A DNA stretch of 64,000 nucleotides from Marsupella aquatica. Its lineage: Eukaryota; Plantae; Marchantiophyta. The position numbers were made by a program, and so were the translations under genes. Location of the stretch: contig OZ316898.1 of the NCBI GenBank assembly GCA_973895155.1, positions 6,869,079 through 6,933,078 of the forward strand, in the 5' to 3' direction. The notes beneath the pieces were generated by a model, which had not been told where the DNA came from, made no database searches, and saw only the letters and a list, made by a program, of their open reading frames with translations. Below, piece by piece: positions 48,849-61,668 of this stretch (its first letter is position 1; every line of letters begins with the position of its first letter).

Positions 48849-51800
48849 ATGTGTGCCACTGGAATGGAATCTGTAGATGAAGAGTTGAATGCAGTTCTCC
48901 AAGGACATCAGCTGAACCCTGCGCATGTTTCCCTTTTGGGTGTAGTCAGCACTGCTTCCACCGCCGCATCTTCTCTTGCAGGAGGAGGAGCAGGAGGAAG
49001 AGGCTTTGGTGAGGGCCAACAATCTTTTTCGGCAGAGTAAGTGATCAGTTGTTGCCACTTAGCAGACTGACCACAACCCCACTTCGTTGAGAGACAGAGA
49101 GGCAGGGAGAACTTCGAGATTGCGGAATGTTTTAGGCAATCCAACCTTTTTGTCGGATTCGCGTGGGACCGGCGTAGTTGAAGGAGAGCGCCGGAGTGGG
49201 TTCAGAGGGGGAGGTTCGATTATCTATGGATGCATGTGTGATATATCTTTGAGAGGCTTCTTTCCTTCACTTGCTTCATCCGCTTGGATTGGATTGTTGT
49301 CGACTGGGTGATCGTAAAGTATCTCGTGTTGTTCCTCTTCTTCTACCTTTCCACGGCTTTTCCATTCGGATTTCCACCCACACACCCCCTCCTTCCAGTC
49401 CCCTTCGTCCGGCTGTGCTTGCCCCCTGTGAGTACTATAGATGTGAGTAGACTAGATGGCACTCGTCGCCTCCCAACCACGGGTGCTTGCTTGTCAAGCG
49501 GTTTGTCTATTTTTCTAATCCTCGGAAACACACGTAGCTGGACAGTGTTCCGGACCTTGGTGATCCAGGTGTCCATTTCTTCTATTCCCTCTCTGATTTT
49601 CCGATATCTACCACTACTATGATCAAGAGAAGGTTGCGCCAGAAAGGATGGGAGTAGCGTTTGAGGTTCTAGTTTGCCCTGGGAGGATTCCTCCCATCGT
49701 ATCAGGGGACGAAGACGTGTTAGTGTCTTGCTCCACTCTTCTCCAGAACGAGCGCTTCCTTTTGCATTAGTTACCCGCAAGGAAACCAGAAGGGAAGGGA
49801 AGGGAAGGTTTACGTGCAAGGGATCTGTTGCACTGCGTTGCTGTGGTGGCGGAGGGTGTTATCGATCTGGTTTTTCCTCATAACAACGGGTATAGTACCG
49901 ACACGGGGGATTCTCCTGTGTAGAATCTATCCATTCATGATGACACTTCCTCGGGGCCTGGCTCATTGGACCTAACTCTCTGTCAAGGCTGTGCATACAT
50001 CTTGAAGTTCCTTTTGCCTGGTACATAGGTGCACGTCTGGTACTCCCTCGTGACTTGCTCGTTGAAGGAAAAGAGGGAAAGATAGACTGCAGAAGTCAAT
50101 TTTCCAGTCACTCCTGCATAGTTTTGTTTTGGCCGGTGTTCTGTTCTCGTCAGTCTTCTTTGACTGGGAGAGATGAGAGATTCGGATCCTTTCTTGTTGA
50201 AGTGCTTGAAGCTTGTCCGAGTGAGTTAGGGCAGTGTCTGCTTCGTCACTGGCAAAACTCACGTATGATTGTCTGGATGGACTGTGTATGATGCAGGCTT
50301 CCGCATGCAATGCTTGGACCTGGTGCCACGAGACCTTACAACGACTCAGGCACTAAATCAACCAGCATGTCAACCCAGACTATGAACCCGTACCAGGACC
50401 AGGGTGGGCGGAACAACTTTGGCCCCTCCACTCCGATTGCTCCCAAAAATGGAATCAGGCGTCCAGGGTTATGGTCTGGTGGGAACAGGAATTTTATGAA
50501 TGGGGGCAGGAACGGAGAGCAGGACATCGATCCTAGACTTCAAGTACCTGACTTCCCTTCCGCTATACTCGATCAAAGCACGATTCCCATGCCTGACCCT
50601 TTCCGTCCACCGGGTGGGGGGCTTTCCCGTTACCACTCTGCTCCCGGCTCCTTTCTCGCTGGTCTTGCTGCCGATTTTCACCAAGACAGCGCTCTAAGCT
50701 CTTTCTTCTCTGATGCTGATTTACCTCCACTGAACCCGCCCAGCGATACAAGTCTGGAGCATATGGACACGGAGCAGGCATCGTCCGCACTGTTCGACGA
50801 CAAGTTCTTGCTGGATACGAGGAAATATGAGAGGATAGGGACTCAAGGATTGGGAGCTAGTCCCGGGGGTGGGACAGGTTTGGTTACCCAAAAATCGCTC
50901 CAAGCGTCTTTCAAACCTTCGATGGAGGTGGTGCTTGAGAATCCTGTTGTAACGCCTCAGATGCCTACGAGCCCTCAGATGTCTCCGAGTTCGCAGATAT
51001 CATCAACTATGGCGTCAAGCTTGGGTATGCCTTCGAGCATGGGCCTCGGTCAACAACAAATTAGCAACTCCCAGGGGGGGCAACAAATGAACCCCCTTGC
51101 GAACCTGAATCTTACAGGAAACCTGAATTTCTCTACAGGATTGGGTAGTGACTTCATTAGCAATGGACCACAGGGTTCTGTAGGGGCTCATCAAAATAGC
51201 ATTAGACCGAACAACTTACTTCGACAAAGCAGCTCTCCTGCCGGGCTTTTGGCTCAATTATCCATCGACGTGAAGAACCAGATTCCGAAGAGCGAGAAGC
51301 AGAGTCTCTCTAGTCCCTTGGCTCAATCCCCTGAAGATAGTCTGTCAGGAGGTACGTCCGAGGAAAACTTAGGGACAACTGGAATGATGTCTGGCATGGA
51401 TGTAGGAGGGTGGGAGGACGCTGCTAACTCATATATGAACTCTTGGGGTGGCGACACCTTCTCAGCAAGGAAAAGGTTTCGTGACAATATGGACCTGGGT
51501 GATATCATGGTGTCAACAGAGACCTCGGTGAGCAGAAAAACTCTCCTTCCTTTTGTTGGTGCCGTCATTGCTTCGCCAGTCAGTACCCGAAGGCAACAAC
51601 ACTTTTGGATTGGGTTTGCCCACCGTTGCTGCCAAAATATCCATTAGATTTCTTAGACTCTTAACATGTAGCTATCTAGTGTAGTTATCCTGATACGCAT
51701 GGATAGGCATCTTCTAGGCGGAGAAATGTCAACCGTATCGGAAGGTATCGTCTGTGCATCAGCTGGTTATCGTCAATGATTCAGATGTGAACTCGAGGCG

Positions 51801-52669
51801 CTCATTTTCATCTCCGATAACATTCTTCAGAAAACCTGGGAGGACTAATATATGATGTTGCTGTTAGCAGGGAAGGGGGCCACCTATCGATCATGGACCT
51901 GCTCCTGGCAGTCTTACCAGGCATATGAGCTTGCCCACACCGAAATCGAAGGCTGTCTTGCCCGATGACATCTTACAGTCAGTACCTTGCCGAATTCGTG
52001 CGAAACGTGGCTGTGCGACTCACCCCCGCAGTATCGCTGAGCGGGTCAGTGCCTACTCTCGTTGGACGGAAATTTTTCAATGCCCCTACGCGGTCTCTTT
52101 CCGTCGGGTCCTTTTACCAGTTATCTGAGAGTAGTTGGTTGGAGGGAGTAGCTCTTTCCTTCCCTAGCACCTTTTGAGAGAGGGCCTAATTTGCTTCGGT
52201 ACACTATTGCAGGTTCGAAGGACTCGTATCAGTGAGAGAATGAGGAAGCTTCAAGAGCTGGTACCGAACATGGATAAAGTATGTCCCAATCGCCTGTTTG
52301 TAGCAAACCTTGCGAAGCATTTCCTATGTTCTGCGGTGTCTCGCACGATTTTAGAATCACCTCCGGCTGACATGGTCTTTTTCTCGATTTTGTTTTGAAG
52401 CAACAAACCAACACCGCAGATATGCTGGATGAAGCGGTGGAGTATGTAAAGCAACTGCAACGGCAAGTACAGGTGCTTCTCATCGCTGATCCACTGCGAC
52501 ATTGAAAAGAGATCTCTTCTTTGGTTTCTTAGGACACTCTGGCAATGACGGGCATTTGACATGATGTTAATCTCGATTTTTATCTTGTTGATTGGGACAG
52601 GAGCTCACTGAAACTCAAGCCAAATGCAATGGGTCTTGTCATCAAGATCACAAGGCCAGTGTGACTTAG
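48849..52669 (+). CDS. bHLH transcription factor, subfamily IX (FBH/AKS; bHLH80/81/122/130-like), 6 exons
   Basis: Exons 48849-49036, 50297-51527, 51868-52044, 52213-52278, 52401-52472 and 52601-52669 are all GT-AG and in phase. Motifs LSRYHSAPGSFL, LLRQSSSPAGLL, LTRHMSLP and [63 protein letters not shown]. Confidence 0.95.
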
Positions 52670-54591
52670 GGACGGTGCCTGTTCTCTGTCATCTGTTTTT
52701 AGAAGATTGGGGGCAGATTGTGCATATATACGTGAAGAAGTATACTATAGCTGCCAACGGGAATCTGTTTGAGACACTGCAACATCATGGGAATTGCAAC
52801 CAACTGGGGTAAGTTGGTGGCCTCTTCAAGTGCATATTATTTTGGGTAGCTTTAGTTCGCTCCCTTATTATAATCTCTCACAGAAATCAACTCTTCATAT
52901 GAAGCTTCCCTTGCCCTCAACTTCATCTTTGTTCACTGTATAGGCTGGAAACCATATGCTTTTGTTGGGGTGTTGCGAACCTGTGCACCACAACTGGCAC
53001 TGACAAAGGGCGTAATAAGAAAACTGATTTACAGATCATCTTCAATCTCTAGGTCTATTAGTTATCATCCTTAGAATGCAGAGTTATCACAACATATCAT
53101 AGAAGGAAAGGGGAAGCGTTTTGAGCAGAGGTCCGCTGTGGTATAGATTGTCTCCAAGACAACCTTAAACTGGGTAGCTCTCCTTCTCTGATACGTTTTG
53201 ACCAGCTTCGTTTCTATCTGTCTTGACAAGAACAAGTCCACATATTTTTGCAGAACACGAATCTGGTAAGAATGTAGGGTTAGAAAATGTACCTCTTGCC
53301 AGTGGATGGAAATCATTGGCCACCGTTGTTTCGCAAACTAAACTGGATAGCTGGGCATCTTGGTGAACCTTGTTACTTGTCAAAATAATCTGATTTTGTT
53401 GAGCCGGAATTCCTCTGGTCAGTGTTTGGTTATGTGCATACGATACCAACTCTTTACTATAACCTCACCTCTTTGCAATCCGTAATGTCCATTTTTATCC
53501 AATAATGATGGATGATTTATGACAGGGTGTTCCGGGTAACAATTTGGGAGCATTGGCCTTTTTTTATAATCTCTGCAGTCTTGTTATGAATTTGCTTTCC
53601 ACCTCAGGGGAGAAGTATGGTCATCACGTTGTGGTCGTATCTCGTCAGTGAGGTTTTTGTGAATGTCTTTGGAGATATGTTTCTCTGGCAGGAAGAAGAG
53701 ATGCATAATGCAGCGTAACCAGATTGGCTGGACTTGATTATTCTTCTGCCCAAAAAGTTAACACAGCTCTTATGATAATAGGCATCACATTATGGATTGG
53801 TGAAACAGTAATTATGAGTGTGTTCGAGTGGATAGAGGGTCCCATCCTTCCTAACGCTCCTCGTTTGTAAGCAACCCTCAAGTCTGCCTTACATTGCCTA
53901 GTGGTTGCCGATGTTGGGATCATTCAAGGATCAGGTTCGAGTGGTTCCTTGTTCGACTTACAGTCGATTGCATAACAGCAGCAGATTCAAGGATGGAATT
54001 GAAGCACTCGTGTCTTTTTCTTCGAAAATCTTCTCTCTTCGTGCAGAATGGCCAACCTGGCTTGTCATGGTTTTCAATAGAGTAGTCTTGTATTTGGAGG
54101 AACCCGCGCCCCTGTGCTCACTACTACAACTGAAGGACACGTTTATTTTGGTAGCGAAATTTTCTTTCCTTCCACAAAGGACACCTTGCTGCCTGAGTTG
54201 GTAAATAGATAGTATGGGAGATTGGAATCCTGCAACCGCTCACCACCACGGCGGGCATGTGGACCATACAATTCTAGCGTGTAGTTAGGGAATTCCCTGA
54301 ACCTCCAGTTCGTTGCATTCCTTGTAATTGGGAGTTCGTAGCTTGCTAATGTTCCAGGCTTCCCTTTGTGGCCTGAACTATGCCATAGCACTGCTGCCCG
54401 TAAATTCTCTATTTCCCTCGTAAATATAAAGCACTGAATACTGACCCTTGTCGTCACCACATTGTGTGCACATTGTGTCGTCACCACATTGCAATGGGCC
54501 CCAATTGTATAACTCTGTAATTGACTAAGAGCTTTGATGAACAAAATCATTGGTTATATAAATCATTTTTAATCTTTTTTTACCTTTTTTT

Positions 54592-54837
54592 GAAGGGAAA
54601 TCTGTGAAAGTCAACCACAATAGTTGAACCCAAGACAGGGATGCCTCTCTGGGCACATAAATCATTTTTGAATGCAGATGTCAATTGGTATTCGTCTCTA
54701 CTCAAGTGAGCTACCATGCAGATGTCAATTGGTATTCCTCTCTACTCAAGTGAGCTATCACAAAGTCATGCCTCTCTGGGCATATTGGTATTCCTCTCTA
54801 CTCAAGTGAGCTATCACAAAGTCATGCCTCTCTGGGC
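54592..54837 (-). mobile_element. tRNA-derived SINE, copy 4, rearranged with internal duplications
   Basis: gggaaatctgtgaa...ccacaatagttgaacccaagac plus repeated tctctactcaagtgagctatcacaaagtcatgcctctctgggc (rc of the SINE 5' part). Confidence 0.7.
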
Positions 54838-55041
54838 ATATAAATCATGTTTGAATGGAGATGTCAATTGGTATTAGTCCCCTAGAGGGTGCCACATGCG
54901 AAGTGTAAAAGGGAAACTTCAAGTTCCAGAACTGACCCAGCACATAAATCATTTTTGAATGGAGACGTCAATTGGTATTAGTCCCCTAGAGTGTGGCATA
55001 TGTGAAGTGTAAAAGGGAAACTTCAAGTTCCAGAACTGACC
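54838..55041. repeat. Tandem duplication, 2 x ~104 bp
   Basis: ataaatcat.tttgaatggaga.gtcaattggtattagtcccctagag...gggaaacttcaagttccagaactgacc occurs twice. Confidence 0.9.
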
Positions 55042-56906
55042 GAGAGTAAAACAAGTCATATATTTGGCGCAACCTCCACATATCTTGGTCTTTGCCAAGT
55101 GTTCCCTTCACACATAACAAGCTCGTGTTTGCCAAATGTTGCCTTCAGATTCAACAAGCTCCAACGTTGTAGTTATTGAGTACTCGTTCTGTAGGTTAGA
55201 TATAATCTGTTCCAGCACGGGGTGGAACAGTATATATGGAAGTATGTGAGAAAAGTAATCCATTCAAACCAAAGATTGGTAGTGATAGGGCACTGATTGA
55301 ATAGGCACCAACCTTACTTTGTTAACACTTTATTGCATTTTCATTGAAAAATTCAAAAATTAAGTGATTCTACTCACTTACTCCTACTGTTTTTAGGTGG
55401 AATTATTTCATCTGCAAGGGATTTGCAAGGCACTTTGGCTTAAACCTCCACACACACTTCCTCCTTCTGTTCTCTCAAACCTGAAAGTCTGTAACCACCA
55501 ATGTCATTCTTAGCTCCTGGTCCACCAGGATCATACATTATTAGTAACCCGATTAGTAATGAGAATATGAACCAGAGAAGCACATAGGGCCAACTAGCAT
55601 GTCCAAGATCCTTCAGAATGCAGCCCTAACTGCTTGCGCCAGTTTTGGAAAAAGCATCATCAACTCGATCTGTAAGGCTTATACATGTTGTGTTCGCAAA
55701 GGGGCTCATGTCCCTGCTGTGTCGTATGTGCAACATATTATACAAGGCTGTGCAAAACTATGAACCTTCAAATTTTGTTTTATTAGCCAAACAAAGGTCA
55801 GGACCTGCAAGGGGCTGAGTGTTTCTGGCCGTTGCCCTTGGGTGCCCCCATAAGACCTGCCATCATACCTGCCTCATTCATGTTGGTCTTATTCATTGCA
55901 TCCCACATAATCTGGAGCATTGCAGGATATAGGGATACCAAGATTAAATTTGGGAGTGACACTATGTACCCTGTGCATAAAATAGTAATTGGCACATTAT
56001 ATGAGGCATGCAAGTAAGATCCATTGACTACAATTTTTAAAAACAATTGTATTTCTGGTGAGTTATTGAAGTTGTAGGGTTGAAGGCCTATGAATCCTCA
56101 TAATCAAAACTGAAAAGGCAAATGAGCATATCTTTACCAAAAAATCCAACAAAACATTACAATGACGACCAAGTTGGGGACCCTTTCTGACTATTATGAA
56201 AATAAGTTTCAATTACACAATAATTATTCATTGTGAGAAAAAATACACATTTTACATTCACAATACTTGGTCACCCTTACTAGACTAACTGATTCTAATG
56301 GTGTGTAACACTAAAATGGATATAAAACCAATCGCGCGCAGTACAATTATGAGAGAAGAATTTTTCGTCACTTCCAATTGCAGACTGACTATTGTGTGCA
56401 CTTTAGTATAAAGCAAAAGCTCACTCCAAGTCCAAATGTCGACTGTCGACAGGATAGTGGACGAAAGCAAACCTCGTTTCCAAACCTACGGTGACCATTG
56501 TGTGCACTTTAGTAAAAGTCCAACTGTCTAGAGAAGATTCGAGGACGAAAGTGAGGCTGGAATAATTCCTCGAGGAGATAAGGGGAGCCAAAGGAATGAG
56601 TCACTTTTCTCACTACCCTTATAGGAAAACTCCATTAGTCAAACCTCTTAGGATAGGAGGTCTTCAGCAATGATTAGGGGGGACTCTCCATGGGACTGGA
56701 GGTACTAGCGCATAAAAAAGTAGCAGCATTAGGTTGGACTATGTGACAAGTGCCCACCCTGTGAATAGATTTTCCATAGCACAACAAACCGATTGTTATT
56801 CCTTCTATGGATCTGTCTATAGCTTTTTGATGTGCAGTTATCGACCCTCTCTCAATCCAAATACAAACTACCTGTGTAAGTGCAGGCTCCCTGCGGAATT
56901 GGAATA

Positions 56907-57329
56907 CAGTCCACTTGTCCTAGTGCAGGCTCGCTAGGAAGATGGCCCACCTTGCACTTATCCACAGTATGCAATATGCATTTCTTTGTACTTAAATGCA
57001 CAGTCTGCACTACCCAATAACTGCATGGGAAATGGGTTATGCACTTCCCCTTTGTATTGTTATGTCACACACATCTAACTCCTCATATCCCAAGCCATCA
57101 TAGTGCATCATAGTGCACGATTCAAATGACTAAGTGCATGCAACTTTATTATGTATGCATTGCAGTAACTGATAAACTCATCATTATACACAGAAATGCA
57201 TTAGTGTATTTGTCATTTAGTGACTGTCTAAGATACAGTTAAAAAAATCTGCATTTTGGGTGCAATTACAGAGAAATCTATAATATTAGGGGACCACATG
57301 GCCACCCTGCACTTAGGCATGGTGGACTG
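56907..57329. mobile_element. Tc1/mariner-type MITE
   Basis: TA|CAGTCCACTTGTCCTAGTGCAGG...CCTGCACTTAGGCATGGTGGACTG|TA: ~23-bp imperfect TIRs, CAGT termini and a TA target duplication. Confidence 0.65.
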
Positions 57330-59895
57330 TAGCCACACGATACTTCCGTGAAGCATTTTTTAGTGGACAGAATTGTACACATTCACATCATTGACAAGTC
57401 TTAGCTACAGTTCGTGGAGAAAATTAGTGGGGCTTTTTGCATGTCTTTGAATTGCCACCTAGCCATAGACTCCATTCTTCAGAATCTTAAGGTTATCCTT
57501 ATTCTATAGAGATATACTGTAATCTTCAGAATTCAATCTAGGATATTAGATAAAGAGTATTCTTAACATCATCTTTTGCTCACAAGGTGATGTTAGGTAC
57601 CGTCAGGAACCACAAGAATCCTTAAAAATTACTCTCAGGCTGTCTCTGTACACAGCCCTAGAACTTCTGGGTGACCAAACCCTGGTTGATCTTGGTCATG
57701 ATTGTTAACAAAATCCTCCCTTGCTGGGCATCCTCCCTTGTCTGCAACTCATCACCTTCACCATTGAGATCGTCCATTCCCATCAAAAACCGGATTCCCC
57801 AAAACTGAAATCCCCCAATAGATTGCCATAAGGATTGACAGCCCCAATATTTGTACCAATGCTTGTCTCACACTATCAATGTAGAGGATGCATGTTGCTT
57901 AAACCTTAAGTGCACCTATAAATAGCTATGAGTTCCCCTCAGCTCTCGTTATAAAGTTCACAAGTTAAGGAATGGGCTTGAGCTCCACAAAAGGTGGTGA
58001 GTGCTCTGCCTTTTTATTGGCAAGTGCTCCCCCTTTTATAGTGAGACATTGTTCACCATAGGACATGAATGAGGAGAAGTTAGAGAGGGAATGAGACATT
58101 TATATGAGCAGTTGCGATTCAATGCACCATTGTCCATCTCAGACTTGGATCCATCAAGTTTCACTTCTATTAGAGACAATCAAGATGCACACACATTACA
58201 TGATTAGTGAGGGCAAGGCGTGGAGGGTGAGATGACAGGCATGGAGGGAAGGGGAGGCCAGAAGTTGTTCTGGTACCATGAAATGGTCTTGAAAAGTATC
58301 AAAGAACTTGAAAACTATCAAAGAACGGGCCAGGATTTCGTTCCACCAGTATGACATTTTGCAAACAGACAATTGGCCATATTAACTCGAGCGCGGCATT
58401 ATAGTGTTTGATTTTCCTGAAAGCAGGAAATGATTGGAATGTGGGGCAAAAAAGAGGGGAAGTTCCTAACAAATTATCCCGTATTTAGGACCAGTGGTAT
58501 TTAACTGCTTACTTGTTACTGGAGGGGGAATCCTTATCTCAAAGGAATCTACCCCACCCCAGAAACGTTCCCTGATCCTCATGACATCTGACGGCCCGTT
58601 TCTAAGGCAGATCGGCGGCGTACACTGCTTTTTGTAGAATCACCAAAAACCCACTTCTCACTTTAGCCGCAGCCCTTTTCGCACCATAATAAATAACAGT
58701 TAGCTCCGTATTCTTGTCCCGTACTCAACGGGTCAAGAGGTACAGTACTACAGTCCCGTGTAGCAAAGGGCAGAGCCGCAGAGCCGTCGGGCAGCCTTTG
58801 ACGGTTGTTCAAACTTCAAACGGCACAGTCGGCCTGGTCCGTGCGTCGACACACTGTACCATACAATCATGGCCCTCTGGATTAAAAGCGGTCAAATATC
58901 GGCCGTGCATCGTACACTGGACAATATTGTAGCGATGAAACTAAATGGGATAGACATCTCTAAAGTGAACTTTTACACTCTCTCAAAATGTACGGCTGAG
59001 ATTAAATCTCTTGCAAACATGTGGGGCTAATAAGGAATGGTCTGAGGCCCTTTGTGTTGGGGGTGTTTAGAGAATAGGAGCGTCACCAGTCTCTTGTTGT
59101 AACCTCGCTTCTCTCACTGAGTTTTTTGAAGAGCTTGTCTGATTCCCAATGGATTTGTGTGCAATATTATGGTTGGCAAAGCAACTTGTTGAACCCTTGC
59201 ATAGCAATCTGAGCTCTGTTATTAATTAACAGTCTCGTTGGTTCACGTCATTGGTTTCTCATTCAAAACTCTTGCAAGGAAATCTCAACCCAATCTACCC
59301 TAGGGGGTTTAATTTAGTGAACATTTTGAGTTACCTTTTGTGATTCTAGTCTAATATAACTATTTATATATATTTTTAATATTTAATATTTATTTTAATT
59401 CATGAAAATATATATTGAAAAATATTTTATAAATTCAAATATATTTTTTATTGCTTAAGTATCTAATCTCCATTTTATCTAATCTCCATTTTGGATCTCA
59501 ACTGTTTAGTATAATTTTTGGAAGTCAACCCTCCAAGGATCTTTGTCCACTACATTAGATTTAACAAGTTAGTTGAACTGAGTACAAAAATGTTAGCTTT
59601 ACAAACATTTTGTTGCTGCATCGATGACCTACTAGCATTCAGTGATATTTAATTTAACGTTTTAAAAATTTTGCAGTGGTTGCTTCTGCATTTCACTGAA
59701 TGTCTTTGCAGAAAATTAGGCCCTTGGTTATCATGGTCTAACAAGCAACTGAAAAAATAAAGAATTCCATCTAGAGGACTTGTAGATGTTCAGTCCCTCT
59801 CCATTTTTTGTGGGCAAACCTTAGTCAATGCAGGCTACTGATACTCAGGCCGCTAATGATTCTGAGGCTGAAATTATTTATTTTTGCTGCATTGG

Positions 59896-60078
59896 CCACC
59901 ACCTAATGCACTAGGGGGAGTGGCCAGAAAATACTCTACAAATATGCAAAAATTATCGTTTAACTGAAATAAATACGCCACCACCTAATGCACTATGGGG
60001 GAGTGCCCAGAAAATACTCTACAAATATGCAAAAAGTATTGTTTAATTGAAATAAATACGCCACCACCTAATGCACTA
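59896..60078. repeat. Tandem repeat, about 2.2 x 82 bp
   Basis: ccaccacctaatgcacta.ggggagtg.ccagaaaatactctacaaatatgcaaaaa...tgaaataaatacg repeated. Confidence 0.9.
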
Positions 60079-61668
60079 ATGGAGCAGCCAGACAAGTGCT
60101 TGTCAATGGGGTAAAATAGTAATCACCTTGGCGGGCTAATGTAAGGAAACACTGGTCGGCCCCTTCCCCTGCTCTCTGCCGCTCTCCCCTTTACCTCTCC
60201 CTCTCGATCGATCTCGGAATGCGGTTCTGTTGCGGTTCTACTTTTCCTAGCTTTCTTCAGGAGTAATGAGGGGTGCCGCACTGCTGCTGTTTCTGCTGCC
60301 GGACAACGTCATACCAGGTTGCAGAAAATCAGGCTGATTGGTGTGCTGACGAAGGAGGTAAGGATGTTCGTTCCACAATGGAAGTTGATTGATTGTGTGA
60401 TCGTCTGTTTCTTCTTTCTCTTGATTTGATTTGGTTTTGTCCGTGACCTTGAATTCTGTCTGCCTTCTGCATCTGTGGATCACTCGGCCTTGATTGTCCC
60501 CTTGGCTTTGATGCTTTGCACTTGACTCGGTTTGTCCGTCGGGCTGCTTTCCTCGCGTTCGCCCTTTGGCTGTCTCGGTTGACATCGTCGTCGTCGTCGT
60601 CGCCCTGCTGAGGATTTCTTGCCGGAAGGTGTTGTTTAGCATGGGAGGTCGTCATCACGATCTATGGTCTTTCTCTATTTCTCTCTCTTTTGTCAATTCC
60701 CGATTGAGCGCATTCATAGCCCATCTTTTGTTCCGCCTCCTGTTTGCCACAATCCTCTCGTTTCTGGTCTTCTCCTGAGTCGGGGGCCGTCTCCTGAGCG
60801 TGATGCTCTCTCTTGTTGCCGAGTGCTGTTGGTCACGGCATTGTTTTAAGCGCTTGCCAATTTGAGATGGCAAGGATGAAAATTGCGATGATGATTAAAT
60901 AACAATATCGGAAAAGTTGAAAGTGGTCGTTGTGAGAGTCCTCTCAAGCAGCTTAGGAGGAAGCTCAGAACGGGAAATTACTATGAGAGCTCGAGAGCGC
61001 AGTTATCCCTCGTTGTGTACGGAACCCCTGTGGTGGTCCTTGATTTAGGGTTCGGAGCGAAAGTAAGCCAGCTGTCCCAATTGCTCATAAACCTCAGTTT
61101 AGGTCTTGCTCAACGTGAATGGCTTGCAGCTCAGTTCACGTGCGATATATTACGTATTGTAAAAACCGGTTGACAAGAGTGTTTTTCCCTCTTCAATTCA
61201 AGTACGTGGAGCGTAATGACTGATGGAAAAGTATTTTAGGCGCTGTTAATTATTACTTGATTTTCAAGTGTAAAAAACAATGCCATCAGTTCATTTATCA
61301 CTTTCATGAATCTCACGAGGGACAGAAGGTGGGACTCATGGATTTGAGATCACAGAGGAAACTTTTCTTCAATAATTTACATGTGTTCATTTAGATTGAG
61401 TGGGTTCTTTGCTCGCTTGGAACGGACTCCCATCTACGACTGCTATCATGAGCTTGTTGGAAGAGTTGGAGACTTCTTGGAAACTTTTTCTTCCTTCAGA
61501 TTTACTTCCGTCCGGTTTCTTCCTCTGTCCCCTCCGATTCGTCCCTGCGGAGAAGGACTTCTCGGACGGACGGGCAACACTTTTGTTAGCGAGAGCGCTC
61601 ACTTCACTCGGGAATGATATGTCGCTTGCAGAAAGAAACAGAGTTGGAGCTTCAGACCAATTTTGGAA

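Noticed and set aside
50310-51647. 445-aa single-exon protein as given in the ORF track
   Set aside because: The last ~40 codons are intron read-through past the donor at 51528; the bHLH domain is in downstream exons.
55500-56050. PIF/Harbinger transposase fragment
   Set aside because: Only a vague resemblance to the GDxxYP motif; insufficient support.
60247-60873. ORFs of 60-131 aa upstream of ABCI12
   Set aside because: Pyrimidine-rich, 5'-UTR-like low-complexity sequence that gives open frames on both strands without motifs.
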